Shown here in pieces: positions 9,946-18,309 of a stretch of DNA of 64,000 nt (the stretch's first letter is position 1; every line of letters starts with the position of its first letter). Where the stretch lies: contig MGFR01000005.1 of NCBI GenBank assembly GCA_001791995.1, forward strand, positions 26,895 through 90,894, read 5' to 3'. The position numbers and the translations under genes are program-made. This DNA is from Candidatus Woesebacteria bacterium RBG_13_46_13 (GTDB lineage Bacteria; Patescibacteriota; Microgenomatia; UBA8517). Under the pieces are notes generated by a model that was not told where the DNA came from, ran no database searches, and saw only the letters and a list, made by a program, of their open reading frames with translations.

Positions 9946-11080
9946 CCTGGTAGGTAAGGGTCTCGCTTTTGAGTAAACTAGCACAATTCTTTCGACCATA
10001 AGGATATTCCTCGATAAAGTTTTTTAAGAAATTCCTAGCTTTTCTCGGTTCCAGCTTATAGAAAAAGGAGTCTTTGCTCCTATACGGCACGCCGATGTCT
10101 CTGAGAAGTACTAAATTTAAATATTTTCCTGTCGATTTCTTGTCACGCATCATAATCTTTAACAAATCGTCTACATCAAGGTTTTTCTCAACATAAATGT
10201 TGAGGCCAAGCTTTTTCATCATGGAAATAATATTTTCCACCGAAGAAGATTTGGTTAATCCCATCATCTTTCCAAGCTCAAGGGCAATTACACTACCGGC
10301 CGAAATGGCGTCGCCGTGAAGAATTCGATAATTACTGAGCTTTTCAATAGCGTGGCCAAAAGTATGCCCGAGATTACTAGCCTGGGGATGCACTTTCCTA
10401 ATCGTTATTCTAACCCTGATTGTTTCTTCTATCATCGAGGTTAAATCGCTTTTCTTTCTTGATTTGATATACCAACCCATCGTCGTAATCAATTTTTTCG
10501 ATCCCAAAAGGCCATATTTAAAGACTTCCGATAAACCCTGGCGGTGAAAGTGGGGCAGATTGGTATCTAAGAAATAGATATTGCAATAAACGAAAAGTGG
10601 ATAATAGAATGTCCCCAATAAATTTTTCGAGTATTCTGTATTTAAGCAGGTTTTACCTGCCGTTGAGGCGTCAACCATTCCGATTAATGTAGTCGCAATT
10701 ACTGCAAACGGTAACCCTCGCATATAGGTTGAGCAGGTAAAACCGACCAAATCGATAACCGTTCCTCCACCAACACAAATTACTAAATCGGCAAGGTTAC
10801 AATTATTTTTTTCTAAAAAGGAGACTAATTTAGGGTAGAAGGACAAAGATTTACTTGCTTCATTGGCGTTTACTTCGAATGTGATAATTTCTTTCTTGTG
10901 TCGCTTGAGCTGTAATCTTATTTTTGTCCCATAAATTCGTTTCACCTTCCTGTCTATTACCAATATCATTCGATTATATTTCTCGGAGTTGAAATTACCA
11001 ATCCAGCCCATTTTGGGCTTATCGTCGATAATAAACTCTATTCTGTTTTTTGTATGATAGGTTGTTTGTAAAGTTTTCAT
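9938..11080 (-). CDS. Sugar-phosphate cyclase (3-dehydroquinate synthase superfamily), divergent
   Basis: EASKS, GGGTVIDLVGF, YMRG, TTLIGMVDASTAGKT, KNLLG, SEVFKY, NLGHTFGHAIE, HGDA and DKK motifs. Confidence 0.88.
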   Translation of the reverse strand: MKTLQTTYHTKNRIEFIIDDKPKMGWIGNFNSEKYNRMILVIDRKVKRIYGTKIRLQLKRHKKEIITFEVNANEASKSLSFYPKLVSFLEKNNCNLADLVICVGGGTVIDLVGFTCSTYMRGLPFAVIATTLIGMVDASTAGKTCLNTEYSKNLLGTFYYPLFVYCNIYFLDTNLPHFHRQGLSEVFKYGLLGSKKLITTMGWYIKSRKKSDLTSMIEETIRVRITIRKVHPQASNLGHTFGHAIEKLSNYRILHGDAISAGSVIALELGKMMGLTKSSSVENIISMMKKLGLNIYVEKNLDVDDLLKIMMRDKKSTGKYLNLVLLRDIGVPYRSKDSFFYKLEPRKARNFLKNFIEEYPYGRKNCASLLKSETLTYQDA

Positions 11081-11083
11081 TTT

Positions 11084-11842
11084 CTATTTTTGGTCAAGGT
11101 TTTGAACAAGTAGTTTACCACCAGATATTTCAACATCGGCACCGGTGATGTATGCGGATGCTTCAGACGCAAGAAATAAAATGCCCTTTGCCACATCTTC
11201 CGGTTTTCCTACTCTTTTCATAGCTATCTGAGAAGTTACCACCTTGCTTTTTTCGCGAGCAAGTTTTTTTGTCATGTCTGTAAGAATAAATCCCGGAGAA
11301 TAGGAATTTACTCTTATTCCATATTTTGCCCATTCGGCAGCCATAATTTTTGTAAGGCCAAGTACGGCAATTTTACTCACCGAATAAACGCTTCTATTAA
11401 GAGACGGTATTTTTGCTGCCAAGGAACCAGCATTAATTATTACACCATGTCTGATTTTTCTCATGTGTTCTGCAATTTTTTTTGAGGCAAAAAAAAGAGA
11501 TTTAAGATTTGTATTCATAATCATATCCCACTCTTCTTCTGTGGTATTCGATAGCAAACCTTCGGGGTATATCCCTGCGTTATTTATCCAAATATCTATA
11601 TCTTTTTTTTGGGTAAACTCTGAGATCCATTTTTCAATTCCTGCGATATCATTGACGTCCAGCGTTACCGATAGAAAATTTTTAGATCGAATATTTACAG
11701 GTTTGGTCCTTGATAAATTTACCACTGACGCCCCTGCGTCAAGAAAGGCACTGGCAACGGCATTACCGATTCCCCTCGAGGCTCCGGTTATTACAACGGT
11801 CTTTCCTCGAAAATTGTATTTTATTTCTGGGCTTTTTTTCAT
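11084..11842 (-). CDS. Classical short-chain dehydrogenase/reductase (SDR)
   Basis: TGASRGIG, NNAG, YSVSK (YxxxK) and IRVNSYSPG motifs. Confidence 0.92.
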   Translation of the reverse strand: MKKSPEIKYNFRGKTVVITGASRGIGNAVASAFLDAGASVVNLSRTKPVNIRSKNFLSVTLDVNDIAGIEKWISEFTQKKDIDIWINNAGIYPEGLLSNTTEEEWDMIMNTNLKSLFFASKKIAEHMRKIRHGVIINAGSLAAKIPSLNRSVYSVSKIAVLGLTKIMAAEWAKYGIRVNSYSPGFILTDMTKKLAREKSKVVTSQIAMKRVGKPEDVAKGILFLASEASAYITGADVEISGGKLLVQNLDQK

Positions 11843-13170
11843 TTTTGTAAATACAGATGGACATCCCCAACCCCGGTTCCGGTTGGTTTCATTTTGATTA
11901 ATGAACCCAACTTTGAATGAAAAACATAGCTATCATTGTTTTGCAGATATTTTTCGACTTTCAGCTTCATAAGCGAAATCCTTTCCAAATCTTCGTTGTC
12001 AACCATCGCGCCCCCAATGCCCTTGATGAAATCGATGCCGTCAGTCCCCAAACCAGCCATGACAAATCTTTTCTCCTTAGGCAATTTTTTGGTCAAATTA
12101 GCAACAAGCTCCTGATTCCTTCCTCCCCTTCCTGTCCCTTTTACCTTCACCGAAATCTCACTATTAAATAATATTGCGATAGGCCTAGAGCTATCTTCTG
12201 ACAAGGCCCTTATTATAGAGGCAATTTTTTCGGACGCAAAATCCATTTTCCCCACAACCGGGGGTTTATTAATAATCACAGCATATCCTAACTCTTTGGC
12301 CCTTTTGGCCATGGCTGATAGAGCAGTTGTCGAATCGGCCAAAATATAATTGTGGACATTTTTAAATATTGGGTCCCCTGGTTTAGGAGTCTCATCGACT
12401 TCTCCCCGAACTCCCTTTTTCAGATGACGCTTGATTGATCCAGGAATTTTGCTATAGAGACTATGTTTCCTCAAAATTCTGTCTGCGTCTGAATAGGTAG
12501 AAGTGTCGGGCTCCGTGGGACCGCCGGCAACAACATCCTTGGGGTCAATGAGGTCAGAGATGGTTATGCATATTATTCTCGCCGGCTGAAAACTTTTAGC
12601 TAGCTGTCCTCCCTGAATTCGAGAAAGGTGTTTCCTAACTATCTGAATTTCCCTCGTAGGAACACCTCCTTTGGTCATTAATTCGACAGTTTTCCGCATA
12701 TCCCCAAGCGATATGCCTTCCTGGGGAGAAAACATGGATGCGGATCCACCTCCCGAAAGCAAGCAGATCACCGTGTCTTCCTTGTCAATTCTTGTCGCAG
12801 CCTTCAATATTGTTTCCATTCCTCTTATTGCCCCCGCCGATGGCAGCGGATGGGTTACTTTTTGTATCTTAATCTTGGTCGTTTTAACAACGTTCGGAGA
12901 ATTGACTAACCCGAAGTATATCTTTCCTTTTGGAAATTTCTTTTCCAATTGACTAGCCATATTGGCTGAAGCTTTTCCGCCCCCGATTATAAATAACCTT
13001 CCTTTGGCCAAATCAAACCTATCCCCTTCGATAATGAGCTTATTGTTTTGATAATGTATTTTTCCCGATATCGCCACCGCTGGGGTTACACTTATGAGTC
13101 CTGCCTTAAGGATATCCAAGGCCTCCTTTTTTAAACCTTTGGAATATTTTGAACGAAAGATATCTTTCAC
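11839..13170 (-). CDS. Glycerate 2-kinase-like protein (DUF4147/MOFRL family)
   Basis: GGGKA, THPLP, LLSGGGSA, RKHLSRIQGG, GRGGRNQE, GTDGID and NNDSY motifs. Confidence 0.88.
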   Translation of the reverse strand: MKDIFRSKYSKGLKKEALDILKAGLISVTPAVAISGKIHYQNNKLIIEGDRFDLAKGRLFIIGGGKASANMASQLEKKFPKGKIYFGLVNSPNVVKTTKIKIQKVTHPLPSAGAIRGMETILKAATRIDKEDTVICLLSGGGSASMFSPQEGISLGDMRKTVELMTKGGVPTREIQIVRKHLSRIQGGQLAKSFQPARIICITISDLIDPKDVVAGGPTEPDTSTYSDADRILRKHSLYSKIPGSIKRHLKKGVRGEVDETPKPGDPIFKNVHNYILADSTTALSAMAKRAKELGYAVIINKPPVVGKMDFASEKIASIIRALSEDSSRPIAILFNSEISVKVKGTGRGGRNQELVANLTKKLPKEKRFVMAGLGTDGIDFIKGIGGAMVDNEDLERISLMKLKVEKYLQNNDSYVFHSKLGSLIKMKPTGTGVGDVHLYLQK

Positions 13171-13886
13171 TTGATAATTTTTAACAGTTTGTTTTCGGCG
13201 ATTGTCAAATCATTCTGGTCGTCTATTTCCTGCCACGGGATACCTTTAATGTCCAATACAAAAAGGTGTTCCGTCTTAAGAAATTCTTTAATGGGCTTTT
13301 CAATCTGTACTCCTTCTCCCCTCGCTTTTTTCACTACATCTTCGGCAATCTGGAAATATTTCAGGGCTCCCTCTTTTGAAAACTTATACATCCCCAAAAC
13401 TCGTTTACTCTTCTCTTTTAGTCCCCTCCCCATTTCAAGAACTTGATGCCCTTTTATCCTGACATTCATCGAATTTGTTTCCACGACCCCAGATGAGTCA
13501 ACCACGGTAACGTTTTGACGTGGATCTTTGATTAACTTGGTTAAAATCTTTTTATTAAACAGAACGTCTCCATTAACAAGAATGAATTCGCCATCCAGAT
13601 CCTTCCTCGCTATGAATAAAGAGTTTAAGTTGTCGGTAGAAGAATATTTCTTGTTCAGTCGATAAATTAATCGACATTGATTATATTTTTGTCCGAGTAT
13701 TTTTCTAAACATCGTCCCCCTATAACCCACCACGACAACGACCTCGCTAAACCCCATCTCTGAAAAATTATCTAATAAGTAAGCAATTAGCGGTTTACTT
13801 CGGATACGAACTAAAGATTTGGGGCAATTTTTTGTATAAGGGAGAAGTCGCCTCCCTGTTCCTGCTGCCAAGATTACTGCTTTCAT
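13167..13886 (-). CDS. NTP transferase, phosphocholine/inositol-phosphate cytidylyltransferase-like (LicC/IPCT family)
   Basis: AVILAAGTGRRL, PKSL, VVGY, NGDV and WQEIDD motifs. Confidence 0.85.
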   Translation of the reverse strand: MKAVILAAGTGRRLLPYTKNCPKSLVRIRSKPLIAYLLDNFSEMGFSEVVVVVGYRGTMFRKILGQKYNQCRLIYRLNKKYSSTDNLNSLFIARKDLDGEFILVNGDVLFNKKILTKLIKDPRQNVTVVDSSGVVETNSMNVRIKGHQVLEMGRGLKEKSKRVLGMYKFSKEGALKYFQIAEDVVKKARGEGVQIEKPIKEFLKTEHLFVLDIKGIPWQEIDDQNDLTIAENKLLKIIK

Positions 13887-13955
13887 CGAATAATATACCT
13901 CTTACAATGCTATAGAATACTAAATTATCCAGGCTATAACAAATAAGGCCCTGCG

Positions 13956-13984
13956 TAGACAAAATAGGAAGCCAGTGATAACAT
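13956..13984 (+). promoter_or_regulatory. Putative sigma70 promoter for the GAPDH-like gene (leaderless)
   Basis: TAGACA (13956-13961), a 17 nt spacer ending in TGA, then TAACAT (13979-13984), 7 nt before ATG 13992. Confidence 0.5.
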
Positions 13985-13991
13985 CTTCGTT

Positions 13992-15038
13992 ATGAACAAG
14001 CTTAGAATAGGCATTAATGGGTTTGGGCGTATCGGTCGGGCAATATATCGGATAAACCACCTCAAACATTTATTCGATATTGTAGCAATCAACGACATTA
14101 ATCCAGATAATCACAACATAGCTTATCTTCTTCAATATGATTCCACCTACGGTAAATTTCCCGAAAAAGTCCGAGACGATAAAAAGCATTTAATGATCGG
14201 GGGTAAAAAGATTTACGTATATCATCAGGATAATATTTCCGACGTGCCCTGGGACAAACACGGTGTGGATATCGTAATAGAAAGTTCAGGGGTAAGGACA
14301 AATTTAGACAATTTGGATAAGCTACGAGACAAAATTAAAAACGTAATAGCAACGTATGATCCCGGCAATATTGCTAAAAGCATTATTCTTGGGGTTAATG
14401 AAAAATCTGTAAACCCTTCTACTAATTTCCTATTCTCTGCTAGCATTTGCGATGCCGTGGCTCTGGCTCCTATTGTAGATATCATCCTCAAATCAAATAA
14501 TATAGTATCGGGTTTTTTAACGACAATTCATCCTTGGTTATCATATCAAAACCTTCTTGATGGTCCATCTAAATCGTGGACGCATCCTGGAGATGTTTTT
14601 TCCCATTATGCTTTAGGAAGATCTTCTGTCTCGAATATTATCCCCAAATCGACTTCTGCTGTCCAAGCAACTGAAAAAGTTATACCTAAATTAAATAATA
14701 AGATAATATCTTTTTCTTTCCGTAGCCCGACAAACATCGTCTCGGGCGCAGTGCTCACCCTATTACTTAAAAAACCAACTACGTATAACAGGTTCGTTTC
14801 GATATTTAAGAGATCTGAAAAAAAGCAAAAATATAACATTTTAAAGAATTCTGTCGAGCCATTAACTTCGATTGATTACATAGGAGAAGAGTATTCTGCA
14901 ATAATTGATCATCGGTGGACGAAGGTCAACAACAAACGGCACGTGGAATTAGTCTATTGGTATGATAATGAATGGGGCTACGGCAATAAAGTGATAGAAT
15001 TAATTTCTTTGATAGGCAAAAGGTACAAATCTAGATAA
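13992..15038 (+). CDS. Glyceraldehyde-3-phosphate dehydrogenase family protein, non-canonical
   Basis: INGFGRIGR, AINDI, YDSTYG and WYDNEWGY are conserved, but the active site reads SASICDAVALAP instead of SNASCTTNCLAP. Confidence 0.85.
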   Translation: MNKLRIGINGFGRIGRAIYRINHLKHLFDIVAINDINPDNHNIAYLLQYDSTYGKFPEKVRDDKKHLMIGGKKIYVYHQDNISDVPWDKHGVDIVIESSGVRTNLDNLDKLRDKIKNVIATYDPGNIAKSIILGVNEKSVNPSTNFLFSASICDAVALAPIVDIILKSNNIVSGFLTTIHPWLSYQNLLDGPSKSWTHPGDVFSHYALGRSSVSNIIPKSTSAVQATEKVIPKLNNKIISFSFRSPTNIVSGAVLTLLLKKPTTYNRFVSIFKRSEKKQKYNILKNSVEPLTSIDYIGEEYSAIIDHRWTKVNNKRHVELVYWYDNEWGYGNKVIELISLIGKRYKSR

Positions 15039-15042
15039 TCAT

Positions 15043-15801
15043 ATGAACAAAGTGCCCTCAGTTAAAGAACTGTATAAAAAAATAAGTAAAAATGTTCTTA
15101 CCCCCAATACCGCATTCACTTACGAATTGTGGTATTCCCGACTTATCGGAAGACGGCTTTCAATATACTTTACGTGGTTATTTCTTCATACAAACCTCAG
15201 CCCAAATAATGTCACATTAATCCACACCATTTTTAGTCTAGGCGGATCTGCCTTGTTAGCCATACCCAATAAGACAGCTCTTCTTGTTGGCGCACTTTTC
15301 TTTAACCTCTATCTTATCTTAGATAGCACCGACGGTGAGATGGCAAGGTATAAGAAACAAACAAGTGCATTGGGTGGCTATCTCGATACTCTCTCGCACA
15401 TCGCAATTTACGGCACATTATATCTTGCACTTGGTGTTAATCTTTACTTAAGAACGGGTAATGTTTGGGCTGTCTCGATGGGAACAGCCACCGCGTTTTT
15501 CTTCGCTTTTGCTTCAGCCGTACATCACCTTGATCCTCTCTTAAACAAGATGTCTTATCTAAAGATGAGGGAACGAGAAAATAAACTCATTTTCATATCT
15601 ACTAATATTTATCAGTTTGTAACCGAAGATTTAACAATTGTGGCGTATATCCTCATCTTTGGATTACTTGGTTATCCTAAAATACTCGGTTACGACCCAT
15701 ACACTCTTTTTCTATACCTGAATTTCTTTGCGATTGTGTTTGGGGGAATTCTATTTAATATTGTGAAGAAAATCATGGATCCGAGATACCATAGATCTTA
15801 A
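15043..15801 (+). CDS. CDP-alcohol phosphatidyltransferase family protein
   Basis: SPNNVT and DSTDGEMARYKKQTSALGGYLD signature; multiple TM helices. Confidence 0.88.
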   Translation: MNKVPSVKELYKKISKNVLTPNTAFTYELWYSRLIGRRLSIYFTWLFLHTNLSPNNVTLIHTIFSLGGSALLAIPNKTALLVGALFFNLYLILDSTDGEMARYKKQTSALGGYLDTLSHIAIYGTLYLALGVNLYLRTGNVWAVSMGTATAFFFAFASAVHHLDPLLNKMSYLKMRERENKLIFISTNIYQFVTEDLTIVAYILIFGLLGYPKILGYDPYTLFLYLNFFAIVFGGILFNIVKKIMDPRYHRS

Positions 15802-16955
15802 TCCTCCTTTTGCCTTACAGAATAAATACTTTTGAGAATGGCTTCGACCAACTGATCGATTCCGAAAGAGTTAATTATTCTACGACTCTCCATGCCAAAT
15901 CTTACTCTTTTCGATCGATCCTTAAGTAATTTTTCTATTGCAGTAACCATTTTATTAATATTTCCCGAAGGGAATATATATCCATTGACCCCGCTCTTTA
16001 TCAAATCCGCTCCAGCTCCAACCTTATCCCCTGTAATTACCGGTAGACCGCTAGCCATTGCTTCATTAATAACCATCCCCCAGGTTTCTTCTCTGGATGG
16101 TAAAACAAAAATATCAGAAATTCCGTAATATTTTGGTAATAATTTATTGTCCACGAAGCCTGTTAGGATTACCTTTTTTGTTAATCTATTATCTCTAATA
16201 TATTTTTCTATTCCTAACATTTCCATACCGTAGCCAACCATTAACAAGGTCGCATTCGGAAATGATAATAGAATCTTCTTGAAAGCTTCAAGCAAGTCGT
16301 AAACACCTTTCCTTATAATTAGTTGGCCATTAAACATCACAACTCTGTCTTTGGGGCCGATGCCCAACTTTTTTCTCAGTGCTACCTTTTCCGCCCAACT
16401 GGCTTTTGAAACTAGAGAGAAAAGCTTAACATCTATTGCCGAATATCCGACAAATATTTTTTCCTTTTTAGCCCCCAATTTAACTAGGTAGTTCTTGGCT
16501 CTTGTCCCCGCAGCAATATAAGCATCGGCACAATTAACCATAAATTTCGTTAGAGGCATAAACACTTTTCTTCTCCAATTATCTTCGTAAACTGTGCTTT
16601 CGGAACGGAGAATCAGTTTTTTACCGAACAGTTTGCAATATATTGCCGATACATATGATGGAAAGTCTGCCCAACCCGGGGCAATAACAACATTCGGCTT
16701 TGAAATTAGCAATTTTTTCAAAAAATTGAAGGAAACAGTAAATGGAATATAGTCATTTTTCCCAAAAGGTATATCGAAGGATTTCAGGATCTGGTATTTA
16801 AATTTGATGGTTTTTCGGTTAACCTGCCACCTTCTATTTTTCGCAGATATGGAATAGAAAAAAACCATAAGATCTATTCCTGGTTCCCTAGAGAGATCCT
16901 TTAAAATGGGGATTGCCCGGGGAGGAATAGTCGGGTTAAGAAGAAGAACTTTCAT
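15798..16955 (-). CDS. Family 4 glycosyltransferase
   Basis: GQLIIRKG and DIFVLPSREETWGMVINEAMASGLPV motifs. Confidence 0.9.
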   Translation of the reverse strand: MKVLLLNPTIPPRAIPILKDLSREPGIDLMVFFYSISAKNRRWQVNRKTIKFKYQILKSFDIPFGKNDYIPFTVSFNFLKKLLISKPNVVIAPGWADFPSYVSAIYCKLFGKKLILRSESTVYEDNWRRKVFMPLTKFMVNCADAYIAAGTRAKNYLVKLGAKKEKIFVGYSAIDVKLFSLVSKASWAEKVALRKKLGIGPKDRVVMFNGQLIIRKGVYDLLEAFKKILLSFPNATLLMVGYGMEMLGIEKYIRDNRLTKKVILTGFVDNKLLPKYYGISDIFVLPSREETWGMVINEAMASGLPVITGDKVGAGADLIKSGVNGYIFPSGNINKMVTAIEKLLKDRSKRVRFGMESRRIINSFGIDQLVEAILKSIYSVRQKED

Positions 16956-18301
16956 CGTTTTCGAAAAAACATCATATTAGCTATCCTGGCAAAAATATCT
17001 GTGGAACCTATATAAAAGATAAATAATGGACTAAAAAACATTGCCATTCTCCGAGCCGAATCAGGAATGTGATCCCAACCAGGATAATTTAGGCTAAATA
17101 GATAAGTACCAACTATCAATATGACAAAGTTTGCAGCAATGATAAGTAAAAGGGTACTTCTCCCCGCTTTAGATTTCTGTACAAAACTCACTACGGCAAT
17201 CGTAATGAAGATGGGAAATAAAATTCCCCAGCTAATTATCACGCTACTATAAACAAACGAAAGGATTTCTTTAATCCTATCTGGGTCAAGTTTCTGAACT
17301 AATTCTACGGCTGCTCCGGACAGCTGGTTGGCTACTCCCCTTGCCTTTCCAAAAAACTTTACCATAAGAAATCTCCACGGAAGCTGAATTGCAAAAAAAG
17401 GGACCGAATAAATAAACGGGTAAAAGTATTTCCGTTTCCATACTGCGTAAACAACAAGAACAATGAGGCCCGCAAGCCAGAAGGGTTCGACGTCTCTCGC
17501 CCAAGTACTTAACCCCACCATAAGTCCGGATAAAATTAAGTAACGTTTTTTCTGCTTTTCCATAGACAAAAAGAGATATATCATCCCTAAAACGAAATAA
17601 ATTGTGTATGGAAGGTTTGTATAAGAAATCGTAGAGTGCTTAAGAAGAATTGGGGTTGAAACGACGAGAAGAGTTGCCAGCAAACTTGCACGCCTGGTTG
17701 TAAATCTTCGCAATGATGCGCCGAAAATCATTACAAAAGAGAGAAATTGCATGCTATAAACAAATTGAGGATTATGACCATTAAAAATATATACGATCGC
17801 ATGAAGGAGAGAAGTTAATAAAGGGTAATGTGCAAAATATGAATAATTACTGGCAACTTGGACGAAGTAACCCGTCCGAGTGATAACTTTAGCGCGAAAA
17901 TCGTATAGAGCTAATGCGTCCCATTCATTAACTGGCCAATAGAGGGTAGAGAGAAGACTCATCAAGATAAATCCAGCAATTACAATTGTTAGAGTTTTTT
18001 CCCCGAAAGGGAAGTTAGAGAAAGATCTTATTAGAGATAAGAACTTATGTCGAAAATTGCCCCTCTTCCTCCGAAGAGTCGCCTTCAAGAAATAAATAAA
18101 ACCAGCGGCCACAACTAAAATAGAAGGGCCGGTAATCTTCATCCCGAAGAGAGACAATACAAAGAGGATAAACGTAAATAAACCAGTCCCAAGTAGATAA
18201 GAAAAACCCAAATGCTCGAGCATTTCCGCGTCGGGATTTATTAACGAACTAGCAAGATGTCCAAACCAGCAAATAAGTAGAATTATTATCAATACCTGCA
18301 T
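16952..18301 (-). CDS. Polytopic membrane protein, probable GT-C glycosyltransferase (paralog of 19313..20599)
   Basis: EWDALALYDFRAK, HYPLLTS and YTNLPY motifs. ATG 18301 preferred over the TTG at 18337. Confidence 0.65.
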   Translation of the reverse strand: MQVLIIILLICWFGHLASSLINPDAEMLEHLGFSYLLGTGLFTFILFVLSLFGMKITGPSILVVAAGFIYFLKATLRRKRGNFRHKFLSLIRSFSNFPFGEKTLTIVIAGFILMSLLSTLYWPVNEWDALALYDFRAKVITRTGYFVQVASNYSYFAHYPLLTSLLHAIVYIFNGHNPQFVYSMQFLSFVMIFGASLRRFTTRRASLLATLLVVSTPILLKHSTISYTNLPYTIYFVLGMIYLFLSMEKQKKRYLILSGLMVGLSTWARDVEPFWLAGLIVLVVYAVWKRKYFYPFIYSVPFFAIQLPWRFLMVKFFGKARGVANQLSGAAVELVQKLDPDRIKEILSFVYSSVIISWGILFPIFITIAVVSFVQKSKAGRSTLLLIIAANFVILIVGTYLFSLNYPGWDHIPDSARRMAMFFSPLFIFYIGSTDIFARIANMMFFRKR

Positions 18302-18309
18302 AATATTAG

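Noticed and set aside
9938-11080. Gene symbol aroB (shikimate pathway)
   Set aside because: The active-site segment differs from AroB and no other aro genes are nearby, so the symbol is withheld.
13992-15038. Gene symbol gapA (glycolysis)
   Set aside because: The ASCTTNC motif is absent and there is no pgk/tpi context.
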